The notes: generated from the sequence alone by a model not told the origin. A stretch of DNA of 64,000 bases from a virus (IMGVR_UViG_3300012344_000002:9313-73312), one strand, 5' to 3'. Positions 8,629-17,970 are shown, counted from the stretch's first letter. Numbers and translations: made by a program.

Positions 8629-8688
8629 AGGTTATTACACTTGGCTTTGACCCAAGTAATATAGGTTCAATTCCTATTACCCATGCCA
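8614..8688 (+). tRNA. tRNA-Gln(TTG)
   Basis: Acceptor ATGGGTA/TACCCAT, anticodon arm CTTGG-CTTTGAC-CCAAG, T arm ATAGG-TTCAATT-CCTAT, discriminator G plus CCA; first 15 nt overlap the HNH ORF end. Confidence 0.88.
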
Positions 8689-8699
8689 TAGGTATTATC

Positions 8700-9389
8700 A
8701 TGAATATATTTCAAGCTTATCAATATAGAGAAGTAACAGATACTTTAAGAGAAATCATAGATGGACCTTATAAAGGGTATACATTATCTAATAAAGGCAA
8801 CCTACAGGATAAAGACAATAAAGCTGTACATGTTTATTGTTATAAACATCATCCTACCAGATATATAGCACAAAAAGGTTAAACCATTAGCCTACAGCGT
8901 TTAATGTGCTATATCTGGTTAGATGATTTAACTGAATTTGAAGCAACTGCTCCAGAACAAGAATATATCTATAATTACAATTTAACTAAGAGATTTTGGA
9001 CTAAGTATTCTTATTTAATTTCTAAAGTATATTATAGAGAAATTAAATCTTATTATGTTCCTTTACCTAGACTAATGGGTTTTAACCTTAAGACAGGTAA
9101 GATAACAAGAATGAAAATTAGAGATAGAGCAGTATTTGCTTTAGGAGACTTAAGCCTTCCTACTGTTATTGCTGACTTTAAAGCTTTAATGAATAATAAA
9201 AGTATTGAAGAACATAAGGATAATACAGTTAAGATTGAAAATGTAGTAGAATTAGCTACTAGATATAAAAATCTATCTGCAGAAAATAAAGATTTATTAG
9301 AACAGATAGCCTATTTAACTACTAAACAAAATAATTTAACCAAAGAATTGGCTGAAATTAAAGAAAACTTAGCTTCAATACTCAAATGA
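8700..9389 (+). pseudogene. Single reading frame broken by one TAA (8880-8882); NUMOD4/HNH-like N-terminus plus coiled-coil C-terminus
   Basis: Track ORFs 8700-8882 and 8904-9389 are in the same frame, and the 7 codons between them are open (KG*TISLQRLMC). No RBS is visible before 8904. Confidence 0.55.
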
Positions 9390-9874
9390 TAAAACAACTT
9401 ACCTCTACTGAAATTAAACCTATCAAGGAACAGATACTGCACAGACAGGGTAATAAGTGTGCTATATGTGGTAAAACTATTACCTTAGAAGAAGCAGTAT
9501 TAGACCACCAACATAAGAATAAAAAATCTGATGCCAATATCATTAATGGTAATGGTTTGGTTCGTGGAGTTCTTTGTAGAGAGTGTAATTTAGTAGAGGG
9601 TAAGGTATGGAATAATCTTAAAAGATTTAAGCAATTTACTACTACAGAAGAAAGACTAATATGGCTTACCCAATTATCCCAATATTATAAATACCCTAAG
9701 TATCCTTATATACATCCTACAGAAAAGCTAAAGGAACCAATAGTTTCAAAGAGACAGTTTAATAAACTATGTAAACTAACAGGTAAACAATTAGTTTACC
9801 CTAAATCTAAGAAACTAACTAAACCTTTAGAAAAACTATTTAATAAATATCATATTTCACCTTATAATACATAA
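9386..9874 (+). CDS. Endonuclease VII-family (Holliday-junction resolvase-like) protein
   Basis: QGNKCAICG...LDHQH...LVRGVLCRECN-x2-EG. Confidence 0.85.
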   Translation: MIKQLTSTEIKPIKEQILHRQGNKCAICGKTITLEEAVLDHQHKNKKSDANIINGNGLVRGVLCRECNLVEGKVWNNLKRFKQFTTTEERLIWLTQLSQYYKYPKYPYIHPTEKLKEPIVSKRQFNKLCKLTGKQLVYPKSKKLTKPLEKLFNKYHISPYNT

Positions 9875-9892
9875 AACTATTCTAAGGAGTCT

Positions 9893-10060
9893 ATGATGTT
9901 TTGTAGATGTTATATACATATGGAAACAGGAGATATTTATAGAGTAGATAATACAGCAAAACCTTATAGGCTTTATAAATACTGTATTGACCTACATGAG
10001 TGGGTAAGACTTAAAGGTTTACCTGCTAAGCAAATCCTGCAACAACTTAATTTATTTTAA
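9893..10060 (+). CDS. Hypothetical protein (55 aa; not in ORF track)
   Basis: AAGGAG RBS, ATG at 9893, TAA at 10058-10060, then a terminator. Confidence 0.6.
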   Translation: MMFCRCYIHMETGDIYRVDNTAKPYRLYKYCIDLHEWVRLKGLPAKQILQQLNLF

Positions 10061-10062
10061 AT

Positions 10063-10090
10063 AAAACCCTCCATTGTGAGGGTTTTTTAT
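10063..10090 (+). terminator. Intrinsic terminator
   Basis: AAAACCCTC-CATTGT-GAGGGTTTT plus TTATT. Confidence 0.8.
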
Positions 10091-10100
10091 TGGAGTTTAC

Positions 10101-10700
10101 ATGTACTGTTTAGAAAAGAATTTTACTTTTGGTAGCTATAAACAACGCTTTGAGAGTTGGTTAAGGTGCTATTATTTTGATAAGCTTTATATGAAAAAGA
10201 CCACAGTTAAATTAGGAGATATTGCTGTATATTATGCAGAATGCGATGAATTTTGGTCTGATAGCTGGTCTTTAAATGTAGATTCAAAACAAGGTTTAGA
10301 TTTTTTATATTTTGTTAATAAATACTTTAAAGAACCAAAAGAAAAACCTAAATCTTATTATGAAAGAACAAAGATCCTTATAGAGTTTTTATATCTTAAA
10401 TCCCATACTAGAATGGTAGGTTATTTTACACCTTATACTTATATGACACTTAATGATACTGTATATAATGCTATAAGCCAATTACACTTTAGAACTACTA
10501 GATTATTTAAGTATTTTACGAATAGAGCTAGTAAAGATAACTTAATTTGGTTAACTTATGCTTTATTTTTATATGAAGTCTTTTTCAGATTAAATAAGGG
10601 AGAGAGAAAAATATATAATGAAGACCCCTCAAACTTTTATAAATATGCTGAAGGAAGGGTGTTAATATTCAATGAAAATTCTATTAATAGTAAATCCTAA
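10101..10700 (+). CDS. Hypothetical protein (199 aa)
   Basis: GGAG RBS; aromatic-rich; no motif recognised. Confidence 0.6.
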   Translation: MYCLEKNFTFGSYKQRFESWLRCYYFDKLYMKKTTVKLGDIAVYYAECDEFWSDSWSLNVDSKQGLDFLYFVNKYFKEPKEKPKSYYERTKILIEFLYLKSHTRMVGYFTPYTYMTLNDTVYNAISQLHFRTTRLFKYFTNRASKDNLIWLTYALFLYEVFFRLNKGERKIYNEDPSNFYKYAEGRVLIFNENSINSKS

Positions 10701-12630
10701 AGTAACTTCTACAGAAATAAATAACTATTATTCATTTCCTACATTTGAACTATTTAAACTTAATACTTTAGCTTTAAATGGTAAAAAGAAGTTAGCTACT
10801 ACAGATATTAAAAATCATTTTAATACTGTAATTCTTCCCTATATAGAAAGTAAAAATATAGACTATTTAGGTATATGCGATGCTGATTATTTTAAAGTAT
10901 TACATAAAGTAACCAAACCTGATACATGTATCGGTTATGTCTTTAATAACATTAGTTATAAATATGCTTATATACCTAATTGTAAGGCTATTTTTTATCA
11001 TCCAGAGGAGACTAAAGATAAGATTAATAGAGCCAGAGAAGCTATTATTAATGATTCTCTTGGTTCTTATAAATCACCCGGTAGTAATATTATTCATTTT
11101 GAATGTTATCCAAAAACTGAATATGAAATTAATAAAGAACTAACTAAGTTACTACATTATCCTGCTCTTACATGTGATATTGAAACATATTCACTACATC
11201 ATGTAGATGCAGGCCTTGGTTCTATCTGTTTCTGCTGGGATGAACATAATGGTATAGCTTTTAAAATAGATAAGGATAGTTTTACTAAAAATACTCCTGT
11301 AAGAAAGTTATTAAGAGCATTCTTTATATTCTATAAAGGTACTTTAATATTTCATAACATAGCATTTGATGTTACTGTCCTTATCTATCAGTTATTTATG
11401 AAAGATATTCTAGATACAAAGGGTTTACTCTATGGACTAGATGTCATGTTAAAAAACTGGGAAGATACAAAGCTAATTACTTATTTATGTACTAACTCAT
11501 GCTCAGGCAATAATCTTGGACTTAAGTATCAAGCACAAGAATTTGCTGGTAACTGGGCAGAAGATGAAATAGGTGATATTACTAAAATCCCTCAGGAAGA
11601 ATTACTCAGATATAACCTTATAGATGGTTTATCTACTTGGTTCGTTTATAACAAATATAAAGATAAACTAATACAAGATAAACAAGATAAACTATATAAC
11701 ACTATATTTAAAGGTACCACTAAGGACATCATACAGATGCAATTAACGGGTATTCCTTTAAATATGGATAAGGTTAAAGAAGCTGAGGTTAAATTGAACC
11801 AAGATAAAGATAATGCTGTTAATATATTAATTAATAATAAACATATAAAAGATTTTACTTTGGTTCTTAAACAGTCATGGGTAGATACTTATAATGCTAC
11901 ACATACTAAAAAACAGGTAACTATACAAGATAGTCCTATAGAATTTAATCCTAACTCAGGTAAACAGATTAAAGAACTTTTATATGATAACCTTCATTTA
12001 CCTGTCATAAACCTCACAGAATCAAAGCAACCAGCTACTGATGGTGATACCCTAAAGGCTTTAATGAACCATGTTCAGAGCCAAGATATTAAGGATATTC
12101 TGCAAGCTTTAATAGACTACTCAGCTGCTGAAAAGATACTTACTGCTTTTATTCCTGCATTTAAAAAAGCGGTACCTGCCTGTGATGGTAGAAGTTATCT
12201 GTATGGTTCTTTTAACTTAGGTGGAACTGTATCAGGTAGATTAAGTAGTAGTAAACCTAATTTACAAAATCTGCCTGCTACAGGATCTAAATATGCTAAG
12301 CTAATTAAAGGATGCTTCCAAGCCCCTAAAGGATGGTTATGGGTAGGTCTAGATTATTCTAGCCTTGAAGACCATATCTCAGCATTAGTTACTAAAGACC
12401 CTAATAAATTAAAAGTATATACAGACGAATATGATGGTCATTGTCTAAGAGCTTATTCTTACTGGACTTCTCTAATGCCTGATATTACAGCTAAGTTAGA
12501 TGAAATACATAAGGAAGGTAAGGTATATAAAGTAACTTATGATGATGGCTCTATTGAATATCTAAATGAAAACAATCCTAAATTAATTAAATTAAGAGGA
12601 AACTCAAATGAAAGTAACTCAAGTAATTAA
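10672..12630 (+). CDS. Family A DNA polymerase, N-terminal part (3'-5' exonuclease through motif A)
   Basis: Exo I CDIETYS, Exo II FHNIAFD, Exo III YNLIDG; GTVSGRLSSSKPNLQNLP; motif A GLDYSSLE; YDGHCLRA. Confidence 0.92.
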   Translation: MKILLIVNPKVTSTEINNYYSFPTFELFKLNTLALNGKKKLATTDIKNHFNTVILPYIESKNIDYLGICDADYFKVLHKVTKPDTCIGYVFNNISYKYAYIPNCKAIFYHPEETKDKINRAREAIINDSLGSYKSPGSNIIHFECYPKTEYEINKELTKLLHYPALTCDIETYSLHHVDAGLGSICFCWDEHNGIAFKIDKDSFTKNTPVRKLLRAFFIFYKGTLIFHNIAFDVTVLIYQLFMKDILDTKGLLYGLDVMLKNWEDTKLITYLCTNSCSGNNLGLKYQAQEFAGNWAEDEIGDITKIPQEELLRYNLIDGLSTWFVYNKYKDKLIQDKQDKLYNTIFKGTTKDIIQMQLTGIPLNMDKVKEAEVKLNQDKDNAVNILINNKHIKDFTLVLKQSWVDTYNATHTKKQVTIQDSPIEFNPNSGKQIKELLYDNLHLPVINLTESKQPATDGDTLKALMNHVQSQDIKDILQALIDYSAAEKILTAFIPAFKKAVPACDGRSYLYGSFNLGGTVSGRLSSSKPNLQNLPATGSKYAKLIKGCFQAPKGWLWVGLDYSSLEDHISALVTKDPNKLKVYTDEYDGHCLRAYSYWTSLMPDITAKLDEIHKEGKVYKVTYDDGSIEYLNENNPKLIKLRGNSNESNSSN

Positions 12631-13048
12631 AGAAGCTATTACTACACGTATTAAAGCTAAATGTGATGAAGCTAATAAGAGCGCTAACTTACTTTTAAAA
12701 GTTGAATTAGATAGATTAGCTGAAGAACGTAGACAGTGTGTACAAGAATTAAAAGAAGAATACCATAAGACTTTTATGGTTATGTTAGAAAAGTTAGATA
12801 ATAAAAAGATTTCTTACTACTATACTAGATACCATAGTGAACTTGTTAAAGATAAAGAAGCTATTTGGTTAAATAATGAACCTAATGTTTATCTTGAATT
12901 AACTTCTGACTATGCTGAAGAACTAAAAAAGAAAATTTTAGATAATGAAACTAAAGCAAAGAAGTATATTAATGATATTATTCTAGAATTAGAGCTAGGA
13001 GCCAATAAACCTACTCTAGAGTCTTTGTTAAATAACATCACATTCTAA
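12608..13048 (+). CDS. Hypothetical helical protein lying between the two polymerase halves (146 aa)
   Basis: Own GAGG RBS; overlaps the upstream part by 23 nt and is TAATG-coupled to the downstream part; no nuclease motif. Confidence 0.75.
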   Translation: MKVTQVIKEAITTRIKAKCDEANKSANLLLKVELDRLAEERRQCVQELKEEYHKTFMVMLEKLDNKKISYYYTRYHSELVKDKEAIWLNNEPNVYLELTSDYAEELKKKILDNETKAKKYINDIILELELGANKPTLESLLNNITF

Positions 13049-13764
13049 TGAAAATAGAAGAAATATCAAAAACTAAAGCAGAGGTTGAGGTTATTAATAG
13101 TATTAAGCAATCTCATAAAGACCTTAGACAACGGAGTAAGGGTTGTACCTTTGCTTTAACTTATGCTGGTACTTGGGTGACTTTAGTTAAAAACTTTGGT
13201 TTTACTGAAGAAGAAGCCAAGCATATTGAGAACCAATACCATACCTTATATAGTCATTCTGATAAGGTAATTGCTAACAGATTAGAAATAGCTGCTAAGC
13301 AAGGTTATGAAGAAGTAGCTTTTGGTCTAAGAGTTAGATGTCCTAAAATGCACCAATCTCTTATGGGTATTAAAGCTACTCCCAAAGAAGCAGAGGCAGA
13401 GAAACGTACTGCAGGTAATGCTATAGGTCAATCCTTTGGTTTATTAACTAATAGAGCAGGTATTGAATTTAATACCTTGGTTCGTAATAGTAAATATAGA
13501 TATTCTGTTAAACCTATTATTATGATTCATGATGCTCTATATTATTTAATTCGTGATAATATAGACACTGTTTTATGGGTTAATAAGCATTTATCTGAAG
13601 CAGTTAAATGGCAAGAAGAACCCCAAATCCAACATGATAAAGTACATTTATCTGGAGAGTTATCTATATTTTACCCCGATTGGGCACATGAGTTATCTCT
13701 CCCTAATGATTTAGATAAGAATACTTTATGTAATTTAGTTAAAACTTTTAAGGATACTTTATAA
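13048..13764 (+). CDS. Family A DNA polymerase, C-terminal part (motifs B and C)
   Basis: RQRSKGCTFALTYAG (motif B), RTAGNAIGQS, MIHDALY (motif C). Confidence 0.92.
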   Translation: MKIEEISKTKAEVEVINSIKQSHKDLRQRSKGCTFALTYAGTWVTLVKNFGFTEEEAKHIENQYHTLYSHSDKVIANRLEIAAKQGYEEVAFGLRVRCPKMHQSLMGIKATPKEAEAEKRTAGNAIGQSFGLLTNRAGIEFNTLVRNSKYRYSVKPIIMIHDALYYLIRDNIDTVLWVNKHLSEAVKWQEEPQIQHDKVHLSGELSIFYPDWAHELSLPNDLDKNTLCNLVKTFKDTL

Positions 13765-14075
13765 TGGCAGATACCAATTTATATTATCTAGGTGTATTTA
13801 ATATCTCATTTCATAAGAAAGATGAAGAGAAGATTCATACTCATGTACTTAACAATGTATTCATTGGTAAGCAGTCTTTAAATGAGCCTACCCTATTAGC
13901 AGCTAGAGCACAGATGGCTAAGAAGTTCCTACAGGTATTTGAGGGAGCTGAGATTTTAGATATTGCTATCATGAATATTGTTCCTTTGGGCCTTATGACT
14001 CCTGATGAGTGGAGTCCTAAGGAGTTCCAAGAGAAGATGGAAGAACCTCCTAAGAAGAAAGAACCAAAAGAGTAA
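13764..14075 (+). CDS. Hypothetical protein (post-polymerase gene of N4-like phages)
   Basis: Coupled to the polymerase stop; the C-terminal I-x2-I-x2-LG-x-MT pattern resembles the N4-like gene at this position. Confidence 0.6.
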   Translation: MADTNLYYLGVFNISFHKKDEEKIHTHVLNNVFIGKQSLNEPTLLAARAQMAKKFLQVFEGAEILDIAIMNIVPLGLMTPDEWSPKEFQEKMEEPPKKKEPKE

Positions 14076-14081
14076 TAACAG

Positions 14082-14104
14082 ACCCTGCTTAGGCAGGGTT
14101 TTTT
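14082..14104 (+). terminator. Intrinsic terminator
   Basis: ACCCTGC-TTAG-GCAGGGT plus T run. Confidence 0.85.
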
Positions 14105-14116
14105 AATGGTGTAATT

Positions 14117-15079
14117 ATGCAAATAAAACAAAAGAAACTTAAAAATGAAGATGGTATTAATTTCCCTTTCTCTGTTTGGTTAGCTAATGATAGCTACGAC
14201 TATATTACAGAAGATAACTATATATCAACTACTCAATTATTAAAGCCTACTAGACAGATTATTTTAAGTATGCGCTCAGATGCTGATATAGACATCAAAG
14301 ACCGCCTTGCAGTATCTACTGGTACTGCTATTCATGATTCAGTAGAAAAGGCTTGGTTGGAGCATTATGACACTAATATGAGGGCTTTAGGATATAGTGA
14401 CCATCTTATTTCTCAAATTAAGATTAACCCTGAAAAAGTAGAGTTAGGAGATATTCCTGTCTATATAGAACATAGAGCTGTTAAAGAACTAAATGGTTTT
14501 AAGATTGGTGGTAAGTTTGATTTTGTTTTAAATGGTAATTTACATGACATTAAAACATCTTCTACTTATACCTATATGGAAGACTCTAAAAGAGAAGATT
14601 ATATACTACAAGGAAGTATATATAGATACCTGAACCAAGATATTATTACTGGTTCAGATATTACTATTGATTATTTCTTTACTGATTGGAGTAAAATAAA
14701 TGCTCTATCAAATAATCAATACCCACAGTCTAGATGTTTATCTAAAAGTTATCCTTTACTTTCTGTTTTGGATACTGAGCAGTATCTAAGAACCAAGTTA
14801 CAAGAAATAAAAGATAATTTAGATAAACCAGAGGATGAGATTATTCCTTGTCCAGATAAAGATTTATGGTTATCTCCTACAGTTTATAAGTACTATAGTG
14901 ACCCAACTAAAACTAATGGTAGAGCTACTAAGAATTTTGATTCTTTAGAAGAAGCTAATAACTATGCTGCAAGTAAGGGTAAAGGTATTGTTAAAACTGT
15001 AATAGGTACACCTAGACGCTGTATGTATTGTCCTGCTTATAGTATATGTTCACAACGTAGAAGGTATTATAATGATTGA
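14117..15079 (+). CDS. PD-(D/E)XK Cas4/RecB-like nuclease (N4 gp42-like)
   Basis: GTAIH, GGKFD, DIKT, Q-x2-IY, C-terminal C...RCMYC-x5-C. Confidence 0.8.
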   Translation: MQIKQKKLKNEDGINFPFSVWLANDSYDYITEDNYISTTQLLKPTRQIILSMRSDADIDIKDRLAVSTGTAIHDSVEKAWLEHYDTNMRALGYSDHLISQIKINPEKVELGDIPVYIEHRAVKELNGFKIGGKFDFVLNGNLHDIKTSSTYTYMEDSKREDYILQGSIYRYLNQDIITGSDITIDYFFTDWSKINALSNNQYPQSRCLSKSYPLLSVLDTEQYLRTKLQEIKDNLDKPEDEIIPCPDKDLWLSPTVYKYYSDPTKTNGRATKNFDSLEEANNYAASKGKGIVKTVIGTPRRCMYCPAYSICSQRRRYYND

Positions 15080-17249
15080 CCTAACTAAAGTAAGCCATCA
15101 TCCATGTATTGAAGAACTTACAAATTTATTATGTATTAAAACATCGAACCAAGATAAAGGATTTTATAGGCCTCTTATTGCTTATTTCTTAGCAGTAATG
15201 GCTAGTTCTCAAAGAGCCTTTGTACACACTAAGTTTATAGGTAATGTACCTGTTAATTTATATGTTATTAACTTGGCTCCTTCAGGATATGGTAAAGGTG
15301 TAAGTACAGGCATTATGGAAGATATTATTAAAGGATTTAAAGACTTCTTTATGCATTGTACTTTCCCTACTTTATTAGATAAGAATTTAAAAGACTTAGC
15401 GAATCAAAGGTCACAACTTAATCATACTGATATTGATTCAGAATACCAGACTGTATTAAAGCAATCAGAAAGAGCAGGTGAACCTATCTTTATTTTTGAT
15501 AGTGGTACTACTCCAGCAGTTAAGCAGTATAGAAATAAACTGTTATTAGCTAAATGTGGTTCACTTAATTTCCAGTGCGATGAAATTGGTTCTAATTTAA
15601 TTCCTAACGCTGAATTAATGAACTCTTTTTTAGAGCTATTTGATAGAGGATTAATTAAGAATAAATTAGTAAAGAATACACAGGATAATGTTAGAGATAT
15701 AGATATTACAGGTATTACACCTGCTAATTGCTTATTATTTGGTACACAAGATAAGATATTTGATGGTTCATCAACTGAAGATGCCTTCTATTCTTATCTT
15801 GAGATTGGTTATGCTAGAAGATGCTTATTTGGTATTGGTAAGACTATGAAGTCTAAATCTTACTATACAATGAGTGCAGCTGATATTTATCAACAATTAA
15901 TACAGCCTTCTAATGAAGCTACAGTTACTAAATGGAGCCAATTATTTCTTGGTTTAGCTAACCCTGCTAACTATAACAAACAAATAGACCTACCTGATGA
16001 TGTAGGTATTGAGCTGGTTCAATATAGAAAAGACTGTGAGATAGCTGCTAATAAATTACCTGAGTATGCAGGTATTAAGAAGGCAGAACTATCACACAGA
16101 TATTATAAAGCTTTAAAGCTAGCAGGAGCATTAGCCTTTGTAGATAATCAAGCTTATGTTTCTATGACTTGTTTACATCAAGCTATTAAGCTTGTAGAAG
16201 AATCTGGTAAATCATTCCAGACTATTCTTAATAGGGATAAGCCTTACATGAAATTAGCTAAATATCTGATGTTATGTGATATTCCACAAACTAATGCAGA
16301 CTTAATGGAAGCACTACCATTCTATAAAGGTAACGCTAAGAATGACATGATGTTATTAGCACAAGCTTATGCATATAACCAACATGGCTTAATTAAGAAA
16401 ACCTATATGGATGGTATTGAGTTCTTTAAAGGAGAGAGCTTAAAGCCTACTGATTTAAACAAGATGATTTTATCTTATAGTACTGATGTGGCTTATGACT
16501 ATAAGAATGTTGTTGTTCCTTTTAAAGATTTATATAAAATGACACATTCATCTACATTAATACATTGGATTAATCATCATGTTAAAGATGGACATAGATG
16601 TGATGCTAACTCATATAATAAATTTAATATGTTAGTTATTGATTGTGACGGTGACATTAACATCAAGCTAGCTATGGATTTATTAAAAGAGTACACATTC
16701 TTTGTACATACTACTAAATCTAATACTGAACCAGAGAATAATAGATTTAGAATGGTTATTCCTATTGCTTATGAGTTAGACCTTGATAAAGAAGATTATA
16801 AGAATTTCATGAATAATATCTTATCATGGATTCCTTTTCATTCTGATGAAGGTACTAACTCTCGTGTTAAGAAATGGGAAGGTTGTTCTAAAGGCTCCTG
16901 TTTTGGTGTAGACACTAACTATGCTTATAACGAAGGTATTCTATTAGACCCATTACCTTTCATCCCTCATACTATTAGAAACGAGAGATACCAGAAAGAG
17001 AATAAGAAGGCTATAGAAAACTTAGATAACTTAGCACGTTGGTTTGCTATTAGAATCTCTGTAGGTAATAGAAATAACAATATGATTAAATATGCCTTAG
17101 CCCTTAAGGACTCAGGCTTACCTTATCAGGAGGTAGAAGCAAGAGTCTTAGGTTTAAATAAACAATTAAGCTCACCATTAACAAATGAAGAATTAACAAA
17201 TACTATTTTAAAATCAGTTACACAAGGATATGTAAAGAATGAGCAATGA
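15072..17249 (+). CDS. N4-type DNA primase (gp43/dns-like)
   Basis: APSGYGKG, DSGTTPAVKQ, DEIGSN, GYARR, C-terminal VIDCDG/HTTKS/FRMVIP and GNRNN (PriCT-like). Confidence 0.85.
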   Translation: MIDLTKVSHHPCIEELTNLLCIKTSNQDKGFYRPLIAYFLAVMASSQRAFVHTKFIGNVPVNLYVINLAPSGYGKGVSTGIMEDIIKGFKDFFMHCTFPTLLDKNLKDLANQRSQLNHTDIDSEYQTVLKQSERAGEPIFIFDSGTTPAVKQYRNKLLLAKCGSLNFQCDEIGSNLIPNAELMNSFLELFDRGLIKNKLVKNTQDNVRDIDITGITPANCLLFGTQDKIFDGSSTEDAFYSYLEIGYARRCLFGIGKTMKSKSYYTMSAADIYQQLIQPSNEATVTKWSQLFLGLANPANYNKQIDLPDDVGIELVQYRKDCEIAANKLPEYAGIKKAELSHRYYKALKLAGALAFVDNQAYVSMTCLHQAIKLVEESGKSFQTILNRDKPYMKLAKYLMLCDIPQTNADLMEALPFYKGNAKNDMMLLAQAYAYNQHGLIKKTYMDGIEFFKGESLKPTDLNKMILSYSTDVAYDYKNVVVPFKDLYKMTHSSTLIHWINHHVKDGHRCDANSYNKFNMLVIDCDGDINIKLAMDLLKEYTFFVHTTKSNTEPENNRFRMVIPIAYELDLDKEDYKNFMNNILSWIPFHSDEGTNSRVKKWEGCSKGSCFGVDTNYAYNEGILLDPLPFIPHTIRNERYQKENKKAIENLDNLARWFAIRISVGNRNNNMIKYALALKDSGLPYQEVEARVLGLNKQLSSPLTNEELTNTILKSVTQGYVKNEQ

Positions 17250-17970
17250 AACCAATGACCAATTAATTATGATATGTGGTTATTCTGGTTCAGGTAAGTC
17301 TTATTCCTTAAAGAATATCAGGAACCAAGATAAATGGTTATATCTGAATTGTGAGGCAGGTAAGAGACTGCCTTATAAAAATAACTTTAAGAATGTAAGA
17401 ATATCTGACCCAAGAGAAGTATTAGCTTATTTAGATGCTGCTATTGCAGCTGGAGATAAGTCTGATGGAGTAATCATTGATAGTATAGACTTCTTAATGA
17501 ATATGTATGAGGCTAAATATATCAAGACAGCTCCTGATACTAGAAAGGCATGGGGTAACTATCAGACTTTCTTTGAAGAAATATTTCAAGACAGAATAAT
17601 TAAGTATGGAAAACCTGTTATAATTATCGCCCACGTGGCTGATAGTTATGATGAGAAGACCTTAGATATTAAGACTTCTATTCCTGTAAAAGGAGCTTTA
17701 AAGAATATTAGTATCGAGGCCTTCTGTTCATTCTTAATTTTCTCTGAGAAGATGAGTATTAAAGACCTAGAGAACTATCATAATGAGTTATTACATATAA
17801 CCCCTAAGGATGAAGCTACAGGCCTTAAATACTGCTTTCAGACCCAGCTAACAAAGACTACTTTAAATAAGAAAATCAGAGGTCCTGATGACTTATTTAC
17901 TTTAGAAGAAACATATATTGATAACGATGTACAATTAGTTTTAGATAAATTAACGGAGTATTATAAATAA
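17239..17970 (+). CDS. AAA_24/Sak4-like ATPase (N4 gp44-like)
   Basis: GYSGSGKS, LNCEAGK, IIDS, IIAH, PVKGALK. Confidence 0.85.
   Translation: MSNETNDQLIMICGYSGSGKSYSLKNIRNQDKWLYLNCEAGKRLPYKNNFKNVRISDPREVLAYLDAAIAAGDKSDGVIIDSIDFLMNMYEAKYIKTAPDTRKAWGNYQTFFEEIFQDRIIKYGKPVIIIAHVADSYDEKTLDIKTSIPVKGALKNISIEAFCSFLIFSEKMSIKDLENYHNELLHITPKDEATGLKYCFQTQLTKTTLNKKIRGPDDLFTLEETYIDNDVQLVLDKLTEYYK

Noticed and set aside
8094-8688. Intron-containing tRNA (5' fragment spliced to the downstream 3' half)
   Set aside because: The joined acceptor stem would have mismatches at pairs 1 and 2, the downstream tRNA is complete by itself, and no group I core is visible outside the ORF.
12480-13110. Active intein, group I intron or ribosomal bypass joining the polymerase halves
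   Set aside because: No Cys/Ser start, TxxH or HN-C/S/T motifs. The intervening DNA is entirely a coupled ORF, and the C-part has its own TAATG start.
3738-14075. Recurring AAAGAACCAAAAGA (KEPKE) segment in several unrelated ORFs
   Set aside because: Short, purine-rich and in Lys/Glu linkers; explainable by composition bias without a statistical test.
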